Virus record (IMG/VR): IMGVR_UViG_3300044445_000085
Coordinates: 1-51,809 of that record
From: a virus
Direction: 5' to 3' (one strand)
DNA length: 51,809 nt
Below, one piece after another: positions 15,642-23,528 of this stretch (position 1 is its first letter; each line of letters starts with the position of its first letter). The translations under genes were made by a program, and so were the position numbers. The notes beneath the pieces are model-generated. The model was not told the origin of the DNA. It saw only the letters and a program-made list of their open reading frames with translations, and searched no databases.

Positions 15642-16366
15642 GTGAGGAACCGGTGTCGGTGCAGGTCGGGGGTGCTCACGGTGGCGGCCTCGGGGTAGCC
15701 GGCGGGGTTCACGGTGGCCAGCCAGCGGTCGACGGCGGCGGATCCGGTGCGGCCCTGCTCGGTCAGGGTCGCCGGGTCGGGCGGCTCGATGGTCAGCCCA
15801 GGGCGGGCGATGGACCGCGCTCGAGCTGGCACCGCGCACGGCTGGCCCTTGGAGGCGCGGAGCAGCTCGCCGGCGTAGCGGCCGGCGGCGATGTTGCCGG
15901 CCGCTGGAGGCGGGGTGCCGATCACAGCGTCGACCACCCACACCGGGTCGGGCGCGTAGACGTCCTGCCCGACAGGCCACCCGGAGCCGTCGGTGCGGAC
16001 CAGCGCGCCGTCGGGGTCGAGGACGTAGGCGGAGGTGGGGAGCACCTCCCCGGCGATCTCGACGCGGGTGACGGCGGCGATCTGGGGGATGCGGACCAGC
16101 GTGCTGCCCTCGCCGCACACGCTGGCCCAGGGCCGGGGGGTGGCGTAGCGGTTGCGCTGGGCGTAGGCGTTCGGCCGCCGCGCCGCCAGGAACGGGGCGA
16201 CGCGGCGGGCGGCCAGGTGGAACCGGCGACCGGACAGAGCCCAGAGGGTGTGCACCGACCAGACCAGCGCGGCCGCGCGCTGGTCTGCGGTGGCCTCGGC
16301 CCAGCCGGCCCCCGACACCGAGGTGTCGGGGGACCAGCCGAGGAGGTCCGGCGCCGGGCTGGTCAC
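15638..16366 (-). CDS. Head-to-tail adaptor candidate
   Basis: The GTG start overlaps the upstream stop (GTGA). In the 242-aa product, ALVWSVHTLWALSGRRF...VTRVEIAGEVLPTSAYVLD...LVRTDGSGWP resembles gp6-like adaptor patterns as I recall them. Confidence 0.4.
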   Translation of the reverse strand: MTSPAPDLLGWSPDTSVSGAGWAEATADQRAAALVWSVHTLWALSGRRFHLAARRVAPFLAARRPNAYAQRNRYATPRPWASVCGEGSTLVRIPQIAAVTRVEIAGEVLPTSAYVLDPDGALVRTDGSGWPVGQDVYAPDPVWVVDAVIGTPPPAAGNIAAGRYAGELLRASKGQPCAVPARARSIARPGLTIEPPDPATLTEQGRTGSAAVDRWLATVNPAGYPEAATVSTPDLHRHRFLT

Positions 16367-17064
16367 GCGGCCAGCGCGGCCAGGCCGTCGAACACGGCGG
16401 GCGGAGCGATGCGGGTCTGGAAGAGCTTGAAGTGGTTCCGGGAGCCGACGGCCTCGAGCAGCTTGCCCGCGGGGTAGACGCCGTTGACGGCGGCGCCGGA
16501 CTCCTGCACGTTGTACGGCCCCTTGCCCCAGAGCGAGCCCTCGCGGGAGGTGGAGACGACGCCGAAGCTGGCGGCGCCGTTCTCGATGGTGAAGTCCTGG
16601 ATCTTGCCGCCGCGGAGGTAGGGCAGCAGCAGGTAGCCGTAGGACCGGCCACCGCCGGCGCACGCCCCGGCGCCGGCCAGGTCGGTCCACACCTCGAGGC
16701 CGTACCCGCCGACGACGGGCACGCCGCCGTCCGCGGAGAGGCCGACCGCGGCGGCCTGGAAGTCCAGCACGGTGGGCAGGTTGGTGATCATCGCGGCGTA
16801 GTCGGGCTGCACGCCGGTGAACGCGATCGTGGCCTCCACGCCGACCAGCTGGGCGTCGGGCAGCTCGTTGACCTCGTACTCCCCGCCCGCGTTCGTCACA
16901 CGGATGGTCTCGCCGTCCTCGTACTGGAGGGCCATGCCGACGGACACGAAGCCCTTGGAGACGCCGGTGGTGGCCGGGCCGACGACGGGGGCGCCGCACT
17001 CGTCGGTGCGCGTCAGGCGCATCCGGCGGCCGCGGATCGGGGCGAACATCTTGGAGGTGGGCAC
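16363..17064 (-). CDS. Major tail (tube) protein candidate
   Basis: The GTG start follows AAGGAGACCACCCC. The 233-aa product has RMRLTRTDECGAPV...KGFVSVGMALQYEDGE, a tail-tube-like pattern. It is preceded by the late-type motif. Unusually, it lies upstream of the connector genes. Confidence 0.5.
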   Translation of the reverse strand: MPTSKMFAPIRGRRMRLTRTDECGAPVVGPATTGVSKGFVSVGMALQYEDGETIRVTNAGGEYEVNELPDAQLVGVEATIAFTGVQPDYAAMITNLPTVLDFQAAAVGLSADGGVPVVGGYGLEVWTDLAGAGACAGGGRSYGYLLLPYLRGGKIQDFTIENGAASFGVVSTSREGSLWGKGPYNVQESGAAVNGVYPAGKLLEAVGSRNHFKLFQTRIAPPAVFDGLAALAA

Positions 17065-17094
17065 GGGGTGGTCTCCTTGGCGAGGCGGGTCCGC

Positions 17095-17136
17095 GCGCCC
17101 GGCCCACAGCCAGCGGTCGCTACGCGGGGGAGACTA
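17095..17136 (-). promoter_or_regulatory. Late-type promoter/leader motif, copy upstream of the major tail candidate
   Basis: The minus strand has TAGTCT-N10-GCGACCGCTGGCTGTGGGCCGGGCGC. The 26-nt core is identical to the copy at 21810-21835. Confidence 0.55.
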
Positions 17137-17158
17137 CCGCCCGGTGCGGGCCAGCGGG

Positions 17159-17809
17159 TCAGCGTCGCCGGTCGGACAGCCGCCCTGGGTACCGGCGGCC
17201 GTCGTCGATCGCCTCGGGGTCCGGCTCGAGGTCGGCCTGGGCGTCCTCCTCGGCCCACTCCCGCTCGAGCTGCTCCCGGCGGGAGCGCACCGTGGCCGGC
17301 CGCAGACGCGGGCGCACGCCCTCGGGGACGTCGTCGCCGACCACCAGCAGGTCGGCGAGGCCCTGGGGCGGCCGGGGCGGGTCCGGCAGCTGGGCCCCGG
17401 GGGCGACCGCCCGCACGGTGGCGATGACGTCCTGGAACCAGGTGACCAGCTCGGAGTCGAAGTGCACGCGCGCGCGGTCGCGGCGCCGCTGGTCGTCGCG
17501 GTCCTTGAGCAGCCAGTCGACGGTGGTCTCGAGTTCTTCGATCTCGTCGTAGGCCTCGCCCAGGCGCCGGCGGTACCGGGCCAGCGCACGGCCCTCGGTG
17601 GCCGCGGCCTGCCGCTGCCGCTCGGCCTCGAGCTCGCCGCGACGCCGGAGGTTGTTCAGCTCGCGGTTGGTGAAGTAGCCGATCAGCCGGGTGATCGGTC
17701 CGTCGCGCTGGCCGAGCTTCTCCACCAGGTAGACCAGCGCGGCCACGATCAGCAGGAAGGCGAACAGCCACGGCGACTGGTCCTTGGCCGCCGTCAGCAG
17801 GTCGGTCAC
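17159..17809 (-). CDS. Membrane-anchored coiled-coil protein
   Basis: The GTG start overlaps the upstream stop (GTGA). The 216-aa product has an N-terminal TM helix (SPWLFAFLLIVAALVYLV) followed by Arg/Glu-rich helical segments. Confidence 0.6.
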   Translation of the reverse strand: MTDLLTAAKDQSPWLFAFLLIVAALVYLVEKLGQRDGPITRLIGYFTNRELNNLRRRGELEAERQRQAAATEGRALARYRRRLGEAYDEIEELETTVDWLLKDRDDQRRRDRARVHFDSELVTWFQDVIATVRAVAPGAQLPDPPRPPQGLADLLVVGDDVPEGVRPRLRPATVRSRREQLEREWAEEDAQADLEPDPEAIDDGRRYPGRLSDRRR

Positions 17810-18474
17810 CGGGGGAGCCGTACGCCGAACTCACCCTCGACCTGGGTGCGGAGACGCTCGCGCTTGGCCAGCAGCCACGTCCCGACGGCCAGCGTCGCGT
17901 GGATCGCCCCTGCCCCCATGAGTCCCGTCCCCGATCGGTAGTCCTGGCCGAGCCCCGTGCTCATAAGCTCCTGCCCGACCAGCATGGCCGGGACGCCGAT
18001 CAGCAGCCGAACGGGGGCTCCTGGTGCGTTCCGGCGGAAGATCACCCACAGGCCGAGGGTGGCCAGCATGGCGCCGCCGATCAGCCGCCAGGTGAGGGTG
18101 ATGCCCTGGTCGGCCAGCACGCCGTAGCCGATGCCGGAGTACCAAGCCCACAGCAGCGCGTGGCCGGCGATGACGACCGGCGCCCACCGGCCGGCCAGGC
18201 CGACCACGGCCAGCACGGTGGACAGGTAGAACAGCCAGCCCCACACCGGCAGCGCGGCGGCGGCCTCGACGATGCCGAGGCCCTGGGCGTCGATCGCGCC
18301 GGTGGTCCGGGGAATCAGGTAGTCGCGCCCGCGGAGGCCGGCCTGGTAGAGCGTGATGAGCTGGACGACCAGCAGCGCGACGTTGTGCGCGCCGGGCCGC
18401 CACTCCCCGTGGGCGAACTCGCCGAGCAGCCGCCGGCCGAGGGCTCGGGCGGCCCCCGGCCGGCGGGGGCTCAC
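17806..18474 (-). CDS. Polytopic membrane protein (about 6 TM)
   Basis: The GTG start overlaps the upstream stop (GTGA). The 222-aa product has repeated hydrophobic helices, for example LPVWGWLFYLSTVLAVVGLAG, VVIAGHALLWAWYSGIGYGVLA and LIGGAMLATLGLWVIF. Confidence 0.65.
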   Translation of the reverse strand: MSPRRPGAARALGRRLLGEFAHGEWRPGAHNVALLVVQLITLYQAGLRGRDYLIPRTTGAIDAQGLGIVEAAAALPVWGWLFYLSTVLAVVGLAGRWAPVVIAGHALLWAWYSGIGYGVLADQGITLTWRLIGGAMLATLGLWVIFRRNAPGAPVRLLIGVPAMLVGQELMSTGLGQDYRSGTGLMGAGAIHATLAVGTWLLAKRERLRTQVEGEFGVRLPR

Positions 18475-19031
18475 TGCTGGGCCGCGTCGTGCTCGGCGAC
18501 CCGGGCGCGCTTCTCGTCGGCGGTGCCCGACGTCGGCAGGTCGCGGTCCTTGAGCGCCTGGTCGAGGGCGTCCCCGCGGAGCACCTCGGCCTGCTCGGTC
18601 TGGTCCTTGGTGCCCTCGGCGGCGGTGGCGGTGGTCGCGGCCTCGCCCTCGGTGGTGAGGTCGACCGGCTGCTCGGCGACGCCGTCGGTCGGCGGCCCGG
18701 CCGGGGTGTCCGCCGGGTCGACGTCGTCCGGGTCCGCCGCGGTGGTCGCGGTCGGGGTGCTCGGCCCGCCGGCGAACGGGGTGCGCTCGCCCTCGAGCTG
18801 CTCGGCGTCCTCGGACGGCTCGGGGTGCTGGTCGATCTCGGCGTCGAGCGCGCCGGCCTTCTCGGCGACGTCGCGCGGCACGACGAACCCGCCGCCGATC
18901 GTCTCGACGACCTCGGGGGCGTGGCCCAGGTCGGCGGCCGCGTCGAGCAGCAGCCGGGCCGCCTCGGCCATGTCGGCGCCGAGCACGTGCACCTCGACGG
19001 GCTCGGGGGTCTGGGGGGTGGTCTCGGTCAT
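18471..19031 (-). CDS. Acidic head-module protein with C-terminal HeH/SAP-like motif
   Basis: The ATG follows GAGGAGATCCAC. The 186-aa product has LRGDALDQALKDRDLPTSGTADEKRARVAEH at its C-terminus, paralogous to the motif in 14686..15075. Confidence 0.6.
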   Translation of the reverse strand: MTETTPQTPEPVEVHVLGADMAEAARLLLDAAADLGHAPEVVETIGGGFVVPRDVAEKAGALDAEIDQHPEPSEDAEQLEGERTPFAGGPSTPTATTAADPDDVDPADTPAGPPTDGVAEQPVDLTTEGEAATTATAAEGTKDQTEQAEVLRGDALDQALKDRDLPTSGTADEKRARVAEHDAAQQ

Positions 19032-19041
19032 GTGGATCTCC

Positions 19042-19911
19042 TCAGCTCAGGGCGACGCGCACGCCGACCAGCGCGCACTCGTAGGTGACGGTGACCAGCC
19101 GGCCGGTGAGGACCGTCAGGTCGTTGGTGGTGCGGTTGAGCAGCCGGGCAGCGTCGCCGCCGCCGACATCGAACGTCTCACCGCGGGTGACCTTGACCGA
19201 TCCGGTCCCGTACACCCACGCCGAGTCTGCGGCCCGCGTCGACCCGTCGGGCCCGCTGCCGGTGTACCCACGGCCCACGACGACGTCGGTGTGGGCCTCG
19301 GTCTGCATCCGGGTGCCCACGGCCTCCGTGCCGGGCAGGAAGGGGAACGCGACGGCGGGGCAGTGGATGACGCCGCGGCCCAGCAGCCGGTTGCCCAGCG
19401 CCTCCTCAAGGAGGCCCACGGCCAGCTTCCCGGGCACCGGGTCGGCGGCGAGCACCTCGACGCCGTGCGGGTTCGTGTTCGCGTCGTAGGTGCCGGCGTT
19501 CAGCTTGAGCGCGTCGGGGTCGTCGGTGAGCGGGTCGCCGGTCCAGAACCCGCGCTCCACGGCGGCCTCCTCGCCGAGGGCGAACCAGCTCCGGGCCTTG
19601 TCGACCAGCTGGTCGGGCCGGTAAGCGATCGCCTTGCCGGCGGGCCCGGTGTAGACGGCGAACGGGCTCGAGCGGACCCACCGGTCGACGTCGAGCTGGA
19701 CGGTGCCGGGCATCGGCGGGCCGCCGGGCGTGCCGCACGCGGCGGACACGGCCTCCACCGCGGCGCAGCCGAGGGGGTCGTACTGGATGCCGCCCTGGGC
19801 GTGCGCGTCGTTGGAGTCGACGACCTGGGCGATCGAGTAGAGCCCGAACTCTCGGGCCTGGGGGATCGGGGCGGCCACCTCGGCCGGCGGGGCGAACACG
19901 GGCGAGCTCAC
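19042..19911 (-). CDS. Head structural protein, capsid-like (second capsid or vertex protein candidate)
   Basis: The GTG start follows GAGAGGA. The 289-aa product has EEAAVERGFWTG...VIHCP...GRGYTG...VYGTGSVKVTRGE...LVTVTYEC, which resembles actinophage capsid-family patterns as I recall them. I could not verify this here. Confidence 0.35.
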   Translation of the reverse strand: MSSPVFAPPAEVAAPIPQAREFGLYSIAQVVDSNDAHAQGGIQYDPLGCAAVEAVSAACGTPGGPPMPGTVQLDVDRWVRSSPFAVYTGPAGKAIAYRPDQLVDKARSWFALGEEAAVERGFWTGDPLTDDPDALKLNAGTYDANTNPHGVEVLAADPVPGKLAVGLLEEALGNRLLGRGVIHCPAVAFPFLPGTEAVGTRMQTEAHTDVVVGRGYTGSGPDGSTRAADSAWVYGTGSVKVTRGETFDVGGGDAARLLNRTTNDLTVLTGRLVTVTYECALVGVRVALS

Positions 19912-19944
19912 GGGCGGGGGTCCTCTCGAGGGGGTGGAGACAGG

Positions 19945-19983
19945 CCGAGGGCCGGGCGAGCCGGTAGCTCGCCCGGCCCTCGG
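19945..19983 (-). terminator. Strong stem-loop immediately after the capsid gene
   Basis: A 17-bp stem, CCGAGGGCCGGGCGAGC (19945-19961) pairing with GCTCGCCCGGCCCTCGG (19967-19983), has a 5-nt loop. It lies about 18 nt downstream of the stop at 20002. Confidence 0.7.
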
Positions 19984-20001
19984 GTGATGGTGCTGGGTCG
20001 G

Positions 20002-21774
20002 TCAGGCGGCGGGCAGGGCCACGCCGTCCCGGGTCGCGCCGTTCGCGGGGAACGGCGTGGTGTAGACCCGGGAGTCGTGGCCGGTCTTGGCCACCAGCAC
20101 GGCCTCCTCGGTGAACAGCCCGACGTAGTCGTTCTTCACCAGCCCGGCGGAGTCGTAGACGGTGTCGAGGTTGATGACCTCGTCGACACCGCGGACCCAC
20201 GTCCCGGCCGGGTAGGCCAGGAACTTGACCGTGGACGGCCAGGACGTCGCCGGGGTGGCGATGCCCATCGCGGAGTCCTGCCAGTCGTACACGAACTGGG
20301 GGGCCGCGCCCCGCTCGGCGAACCAGGTGCGGATCGTCGCGTTCGTGACGTTGAGCAGGTCCACGCCGAGCCGCTGGGACAGGTCGGCCCGGATGACGCC
20401 CCACGCCCACAGCGGCAGCGGGACCTCGACCGTCGCGGCGATCGGGAGGCGGTGCCGGTACCGGACGTCGGTGACGGCCAGCTCGACCGCGGACAGCAGC
20501 GACGCGGTCGCGCCGAGGGCCGCGCCGGTGGTGATGGTGACCCCGGTCGACCCAGCCTCCATCTTGGCGATGGTGCGCGCCGACAGCTTGTGGGCGTGCG
20601 CCACCAGGGCCCCGCGGGTGATCCGGGCGGTCAGCTCGGGGTACGCGTGGTTCTGGAGGATGCCGGAGGTGATGCACACGCCCATGGCCTCGGCCCGGAC
20701 CTCGGTGAAGTCCGGGCAGGGGACCCGGTAGCAGGTCTTGTCGGTGCCGGCGATCGCCTGGGCCTCGGTCTGGGTGAAGCCCACGCCGTCGTAGATCGTG
20801 CGGAAGTCCGGGCCGGGGGTGAACCGGATGCCGCCGCGGCGGGCGTTGACCTCGGGGAGGTCGATCAGGCCCTCGGCCGCCTCGAGCTCGGCGAGGTCGT
20901 ACAGCGTCTCCGACGGGGCGCACCAGCCACCGGCGGCGACCAGGGAGCCGCCGGGCAGGCGGGACTCCCGGGCGGCGAAGGTGAACACGTCGTCGTCGGT
21001 GAACTCGGCCGCGGTCAGGTCGTCGGCGAAGTCGCGCCGGATCCGGGCGACGCCGTGCTGCAGGCGGGTCGACTGGCCCGACCCGGACGGCAGGGGCCGC
21101 TGGGGGTAGGACGCGAACCGGCGGTTGGCGACCGCGGCCACCTCGGAGAAGGTCGAGAAGGTGTGGTTCGCCTGCACGCCCGGGACGTCGGCGGCCGCGG
21201 TGATCGTGGCGCGGCGCTGCTGGGCGGGGGGCTTGGGGCTCCCGGTCCGGCGGGCCGCCCGGGCCGCCCGGCCACCCTTGCCGGCGCTGGCCAGCACCGG
21301 CTCCTTCTTGTCGGCGTCCTTGTCGGCGTCGGCGTCCGCGTCGCCCTCGTCGCCCTCGTCGTCGCCGCCCTGGTCGCCGTCGCCGGCGTCGCCGCCCTCG
21401 TCGCCGTCGCCCTGGCCGGCGTCGTCGTCCTCCTCGGTGTCGACGGCGTCGAGACGGCGCCGGCGGTCCTCGTCGGCGGTCTCGCGGCGCTTCTCCTCGG
21501 CCTTGGCGCCCTTGATGACCTCGGCCAGGCGCTCGGCCTCGACGACGTCCTCGTCGGTGACGTCGTCCTTCTCCTTGATCTTCTCGACGGCGGCGCGGGC
21601 GCGCTTGCGGATCGCCTCGAGGTCGGCCACCGGGGTCTCCTCGAGGTTCTCGGGGAGCACGATCGGCGACTGGTCGTCCTTCTCGGCGAACACGACGGAC
21701 GCGCGGCCCGCCAGGTCGTCACGGACGCGGGGGATGCCGGTGGAGCGGTGACGGGGCAGGGTGCGGACGTTCAC
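20002..21774 (-). CDS. Major capsid protein with N-terminal scaffold-like (coiled, Asp/Gly-rich) region
   Basis: GTG at 21772-21774 sits 7 nt after AGGAGCC. In the 590-aa product the N-terminal ~200 aa are helical and acidic (DDDAGQGDGDEGGDAGDGDQGGDDEGDEGDADADADKD). The C-terminal ~390 aa (…GGWCAPSETLYDL…KTCYRVPCP…) are capsid-like. The gene is flanked by a late motif and a strong terminator. Confidence 0.6.
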   Translation of the reverse strand: MNVRTLPRHRSTGIPRVRDDLAGRASVVFAEKDDQSPIVLPENLEETPVADLEAIRKRARAAVEKIKEKDDVTDEDVVEAERLAEVIKGAKAEEKRRETADEDRRRRLDAVDTEEDDDAGQGDGDEGGDAGDGDQGGDDEGDEGDADADADKDADKKEPVLASAGKGGRAARAARRTGSPKPPAQQRRATITAAADVPGVQANHTFSTFSEVAAVANRRFASYPQRPLPSGSGQSTRLQHGVARIRRDFADDLTAAEFTDDDVFTFAARESRLPGGSLVAAGGWCAPSETLYDLAELEAAEGLIDLPEVNARRGGIRFTPGPDFRTIYDGVGFTQTEAQAIAGTDKTCYRVPCPDFTEVRAEAMGVCITSGILQNHAYPELTARITRGALVAHAHKLSARTIAKMEAGSTGVTITTGAALGATASLLSAVELAVTDVRYRHRLPIAATVEVPLPLWAWGVIRADLSQRLGVDLLNVTNATIRTWFAERGAAPQFVYDWQDSAMGIATPATSWPSTVKFLAYPAGTWVRGVDEVINLDTVYDSAGLVKNDYVGLFTEEAVLVAKTGHDSRVYTTPFPANGATRDGVALPAA

Positions 21775-21809
21775 GGCGGGAGGCTCCTGGGGGGTCTCGG
21801 GTGATCCGA

Positions 21810-21851
21810 GCGCCCGGCCCACAGCCAGCGGTCGCTACAGCGGGGAGGGTA
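21810..21851 (-). promoter_or_regulatory. Late-type promoter/leader motif, copy upstream of the capsid gene
   Basis: The minus strand has TACCCT-N10-GCGACCGCTGGCTGTGGGCCGGGCGC, about 35 nt upstream of the capsid start. Confidence 0.55.
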
Positions 21852-21891
21852 TCCCACTCCACGCCGGGGAGGCGCGGGTCAGCCGAGCCCG

Positions 21892-22074
21892 TCAGCGTCG
21901 CCGCCCGGAGTGATCGGGACACAGGACGCGCCCGCCGCCGGTCTGCACCCATCCTTCGCGCTCCCACAACTGCCAGGCAGCGACGACGTCGGTGGACCGC
22001 GCGGGCAGGGTGCGGTTCGGACAGGTGCCGTAGAGCACCTGGTGGTCGCACAGGGCGACCAGCACGACGGTCAC
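21892..22074 (-). CDS. Hypothetical small Cys-containing protein
   Basis: The GTG start overlaps the lipoprotein stop (GTGA). The 60-aa product reads VTVVLVALCDHQVLYGTCPNRT...RVLCPDH. Confidence 0.5.
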   Translation of the reverse strand: MTVVLVALCDHQVLYGTCPNRTLPARSTDVVAAWQLWEREGWVQTGGGRVLCPDHSGRRR

Positions 22075-22523
22075 AAGATCGCGGCGGAGTCGAGGCCGAG
22101 CAGCTCGGGGCAGTACGCGGCCGCGGCGGCGTCGAGGAAGTGCTCGGCCTGGCCCTCGGTCCACCCGTCGGCGGTGAACGTCTCGACCATGGACTCCCGG
22201 GTGGGGACCTCAGCGCCGGGCGGCACGCTGGCCGGGTCGGTCAGCAGCGTGCACACGCGGTGCGCGGTGTAGATCAGGCCGGCGGACTGCTCGGGGGTGA
22301 CGTCGGCGCCGGGGCCGTAGAGGTCGGCGAGGAACGCGGCGTCGAGCGGGGCGAGGCCGTCGAGGGGCTCGGGCTCGGTGATCTCGACGGGGGCGACGGC
22401 GACCGGGTCAGCCGCGGGGGTGGTGGTGGCGGGCAGGCAGGCGCCGAGGGACAGCACGACGGCGAGCAGCACCAGGACCAGGGCCCAGGTGGGGATGGAG
22501 CGCAGGGCGTGGGGGGTGTTCAT
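22071..22523 (-). CDS. Secreted lipoprotein (DUF732-like)
   Basis: The ATG follows CAGGAGACCCACCGCC. The 150-aa product has a signal peptide with a lipobox (ALVLVLLAVVLSLGAC). The mature part has FLADL...AHRVCTLL...FLDAAAAAYCPE, which resembles DUF732. Confidence 0.7.
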   Translation of the reverse strand: MNTPHALRSIPTWALVLVLLAVVLSLGACLPATTTPAADPVAVAPVEITEPEPLDGLAPLDAAFLADLYGPGADVTPEQSAGLIYTAHRVCTLLTDPASVPPGAEVPTRESMVETFTADGWTEGQAEHFLDAAAAAYCPELLGLDSAAIL

Positions 22524-22540
22524 GGCGGTGGGTCTCCTGG

Positions 22541-22843
22541 TCAGGGCAGGTAGCGGGCGAGGATCAGCGCGGCCTGGTGGCGGGCGCCGGAGGGGGCGAG
22601 GTCGAGCGGGGGGACACCGGCGAGCACCGCGTACTGCTGGAAGCGGGCGAGGACCGGGCCGAGGTGGTGCCGGAGGCTGGCGTCGCCGGTTGCGTCGGCG
22701 ATCGCGGACAACACGACCAGGTCCCGGGCGGCCTTGACCAGCACCTCGGCGCGCTTCCCGCCGACGGCGAGCGCGGCCCGCTGGACGTCCATCTCGAGGC
22801 TGGTCGGCCGGGCGGACAGCTGGTGCTGGGGGGGCTCGGGCAT
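22541..22843 (-). CDS. Hypothetical protein
   Basis: The ATG follows CCGGAGGAACACC. The product is 100 aa. It is the first gene downstream of the early-type motif at 22862. Confidence 0.55.
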   Translation of the reverse strand: MPEPPQHQLSARPTSLEMDVQRAALAVGGKRAEVLVKAARDLVVLSAIADATGDASLRHHLGPVLARFQQYAVLAGVPPLDLAPSGARHQAALILARYLP

Positions 22844-22861
22844 GGTGTTCCTCCGGTGTCG

Positions 22862-22883
22862 GTGTGCGGGTGAACCGTACACC
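22862..22883 (-). promoter_or_regulatory. Early-type promoter/operator motif, copy 2 (inside the structural region)
   Basis: The minus strand reads GGTGTACGGTTCACCCGCACAC (-10-like TACGGT), 19 nt upstream of ATG 22843. A second partial copy (TGTGCAGGTGAGCG on the plus strand) lies at 22899-22912. Confidence 0.5.
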
Positions 22884-22931
22884 GGGAGGCGCCCGCGATG
22901 TGCAGGTGAGCGACACGACACGCTCGGCGTG

Positions 22932-23114
22932 TCAGCGGAGCGCGTAGGCCTCGGCGCAGTCGGCGCAGACGACCAGGGGCTCGACGTCGACCACGACGCC
23001 GGCGGCCAGCTCGACGACGGCGCGCCACCGGGTGCAGCCGCACCAGCACGCCGACACGACGACGTCCCGCCCCCCGGCCCCGGGTGGGGTGGGGAACGGG
23101 ACGACGTCGGCCAT
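22932..23114 (-). CDS. Hypothetical small Cys-rich protein
   Basis: The ATG sits 2 nt after the upstream stop. The 60-aa product has CWCGC...CADC cysteines. Confidence 0.5.
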   Translation of the reverse strand: MADVVPFPTPPGAGGRDVVVSACWCGCTRWRAVVELAAGVVVDVEPLVVCADCAEAYALR

Positions 23115-23116
23115 GC

Positions 23117-23269
23117 TCAGGACAGCGGGACGACGGTGCCGCGGCCGCCCTGCCGGGACACCTCGGCCAGCGCAGCGGCCTTGGAGTCGAAGGGGCCGAA
23201 CGTGCCGACGCCGGGCACGCGCACCTCGTAGGTGCTGGACTTCCCGCCGCCGCAGTTGCATCCCGCCAC
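23117..23269 (-). CDS. Hypothetical small protein (CNCGGG motif)
   Basis: The GTG start lies just after the upstream stop. The 50-aa product reads VAGCNCGGGKSSTYEVRVPGVGTFGPFDSKAAALAEV. Confidence 0.45.
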   Translation of the reverse strand: MAGCNCGGGKSSTYEVRVPGVGTFGPFDSKAAALAEVSRQGGRGTVVPLS

Positions 23270-23271
23270 GG

Positions 23272-23511
23272 TCAGCCCTTCGCCTTCTGGACGGCCGCGC
23301 GCACCAGGCAATCCTTCGCCTCGAGCAGCTTCCGGAGCCCGGTGGTCAGCTCCGGGCCGTCGGGCAGCTCGGCGACCATGGCACGGGCCAGGTCCCCGAC
23401 GGGGGCGGAGACGGCCGCCAGGTGCGGGGGCAGGTGGGCGTGCTCGAAGTGCTCGAGCAGCATGGTGGTGGACGGGTGGCGCCAGTGCTCCGGGGTCGGG
23501 GTATCGGTCAT
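23272..23511 (-). CDS. Hypothetical protein
   Basis: GGGAGG abuts a first ATG at 23520, so I prefer the second ATG (23509-23511), which has a 9-nt spacing. That gives 79 aa, MTDTPTPEHWRHPSTTMLLEHFEH.... Confidence 0.5.
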   Translation of the reverse strand: MTDTPTPEHWRHPSTTMLLEHFEHAHLPPHLAAVSAPVGDLARAMVAELPDGPELTTGLRKLLEAKDCLVRAAVQKAKG

Positions 23512-23528
23512 GGTGTCCATCCTCCCGC

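Noticed and set aside
17899-21804. Very long plus-strand ORFs: 17899..21804 (1301 aa), 23232..27146 (1304 aa), 26765..29104, 39754..42213 and others
   Set aside because: Their products are monotonous Arg/Gly/Ala/Pro/Asp strings with no motifs. They lie exactly antisense to well-supported minus-strand genes (capsid, MuF/protease, portal, large terminase). They lack RBSs and gene-to-gene coupling, which is typical of antisense shadow ORFs in very GC-rich DNA.
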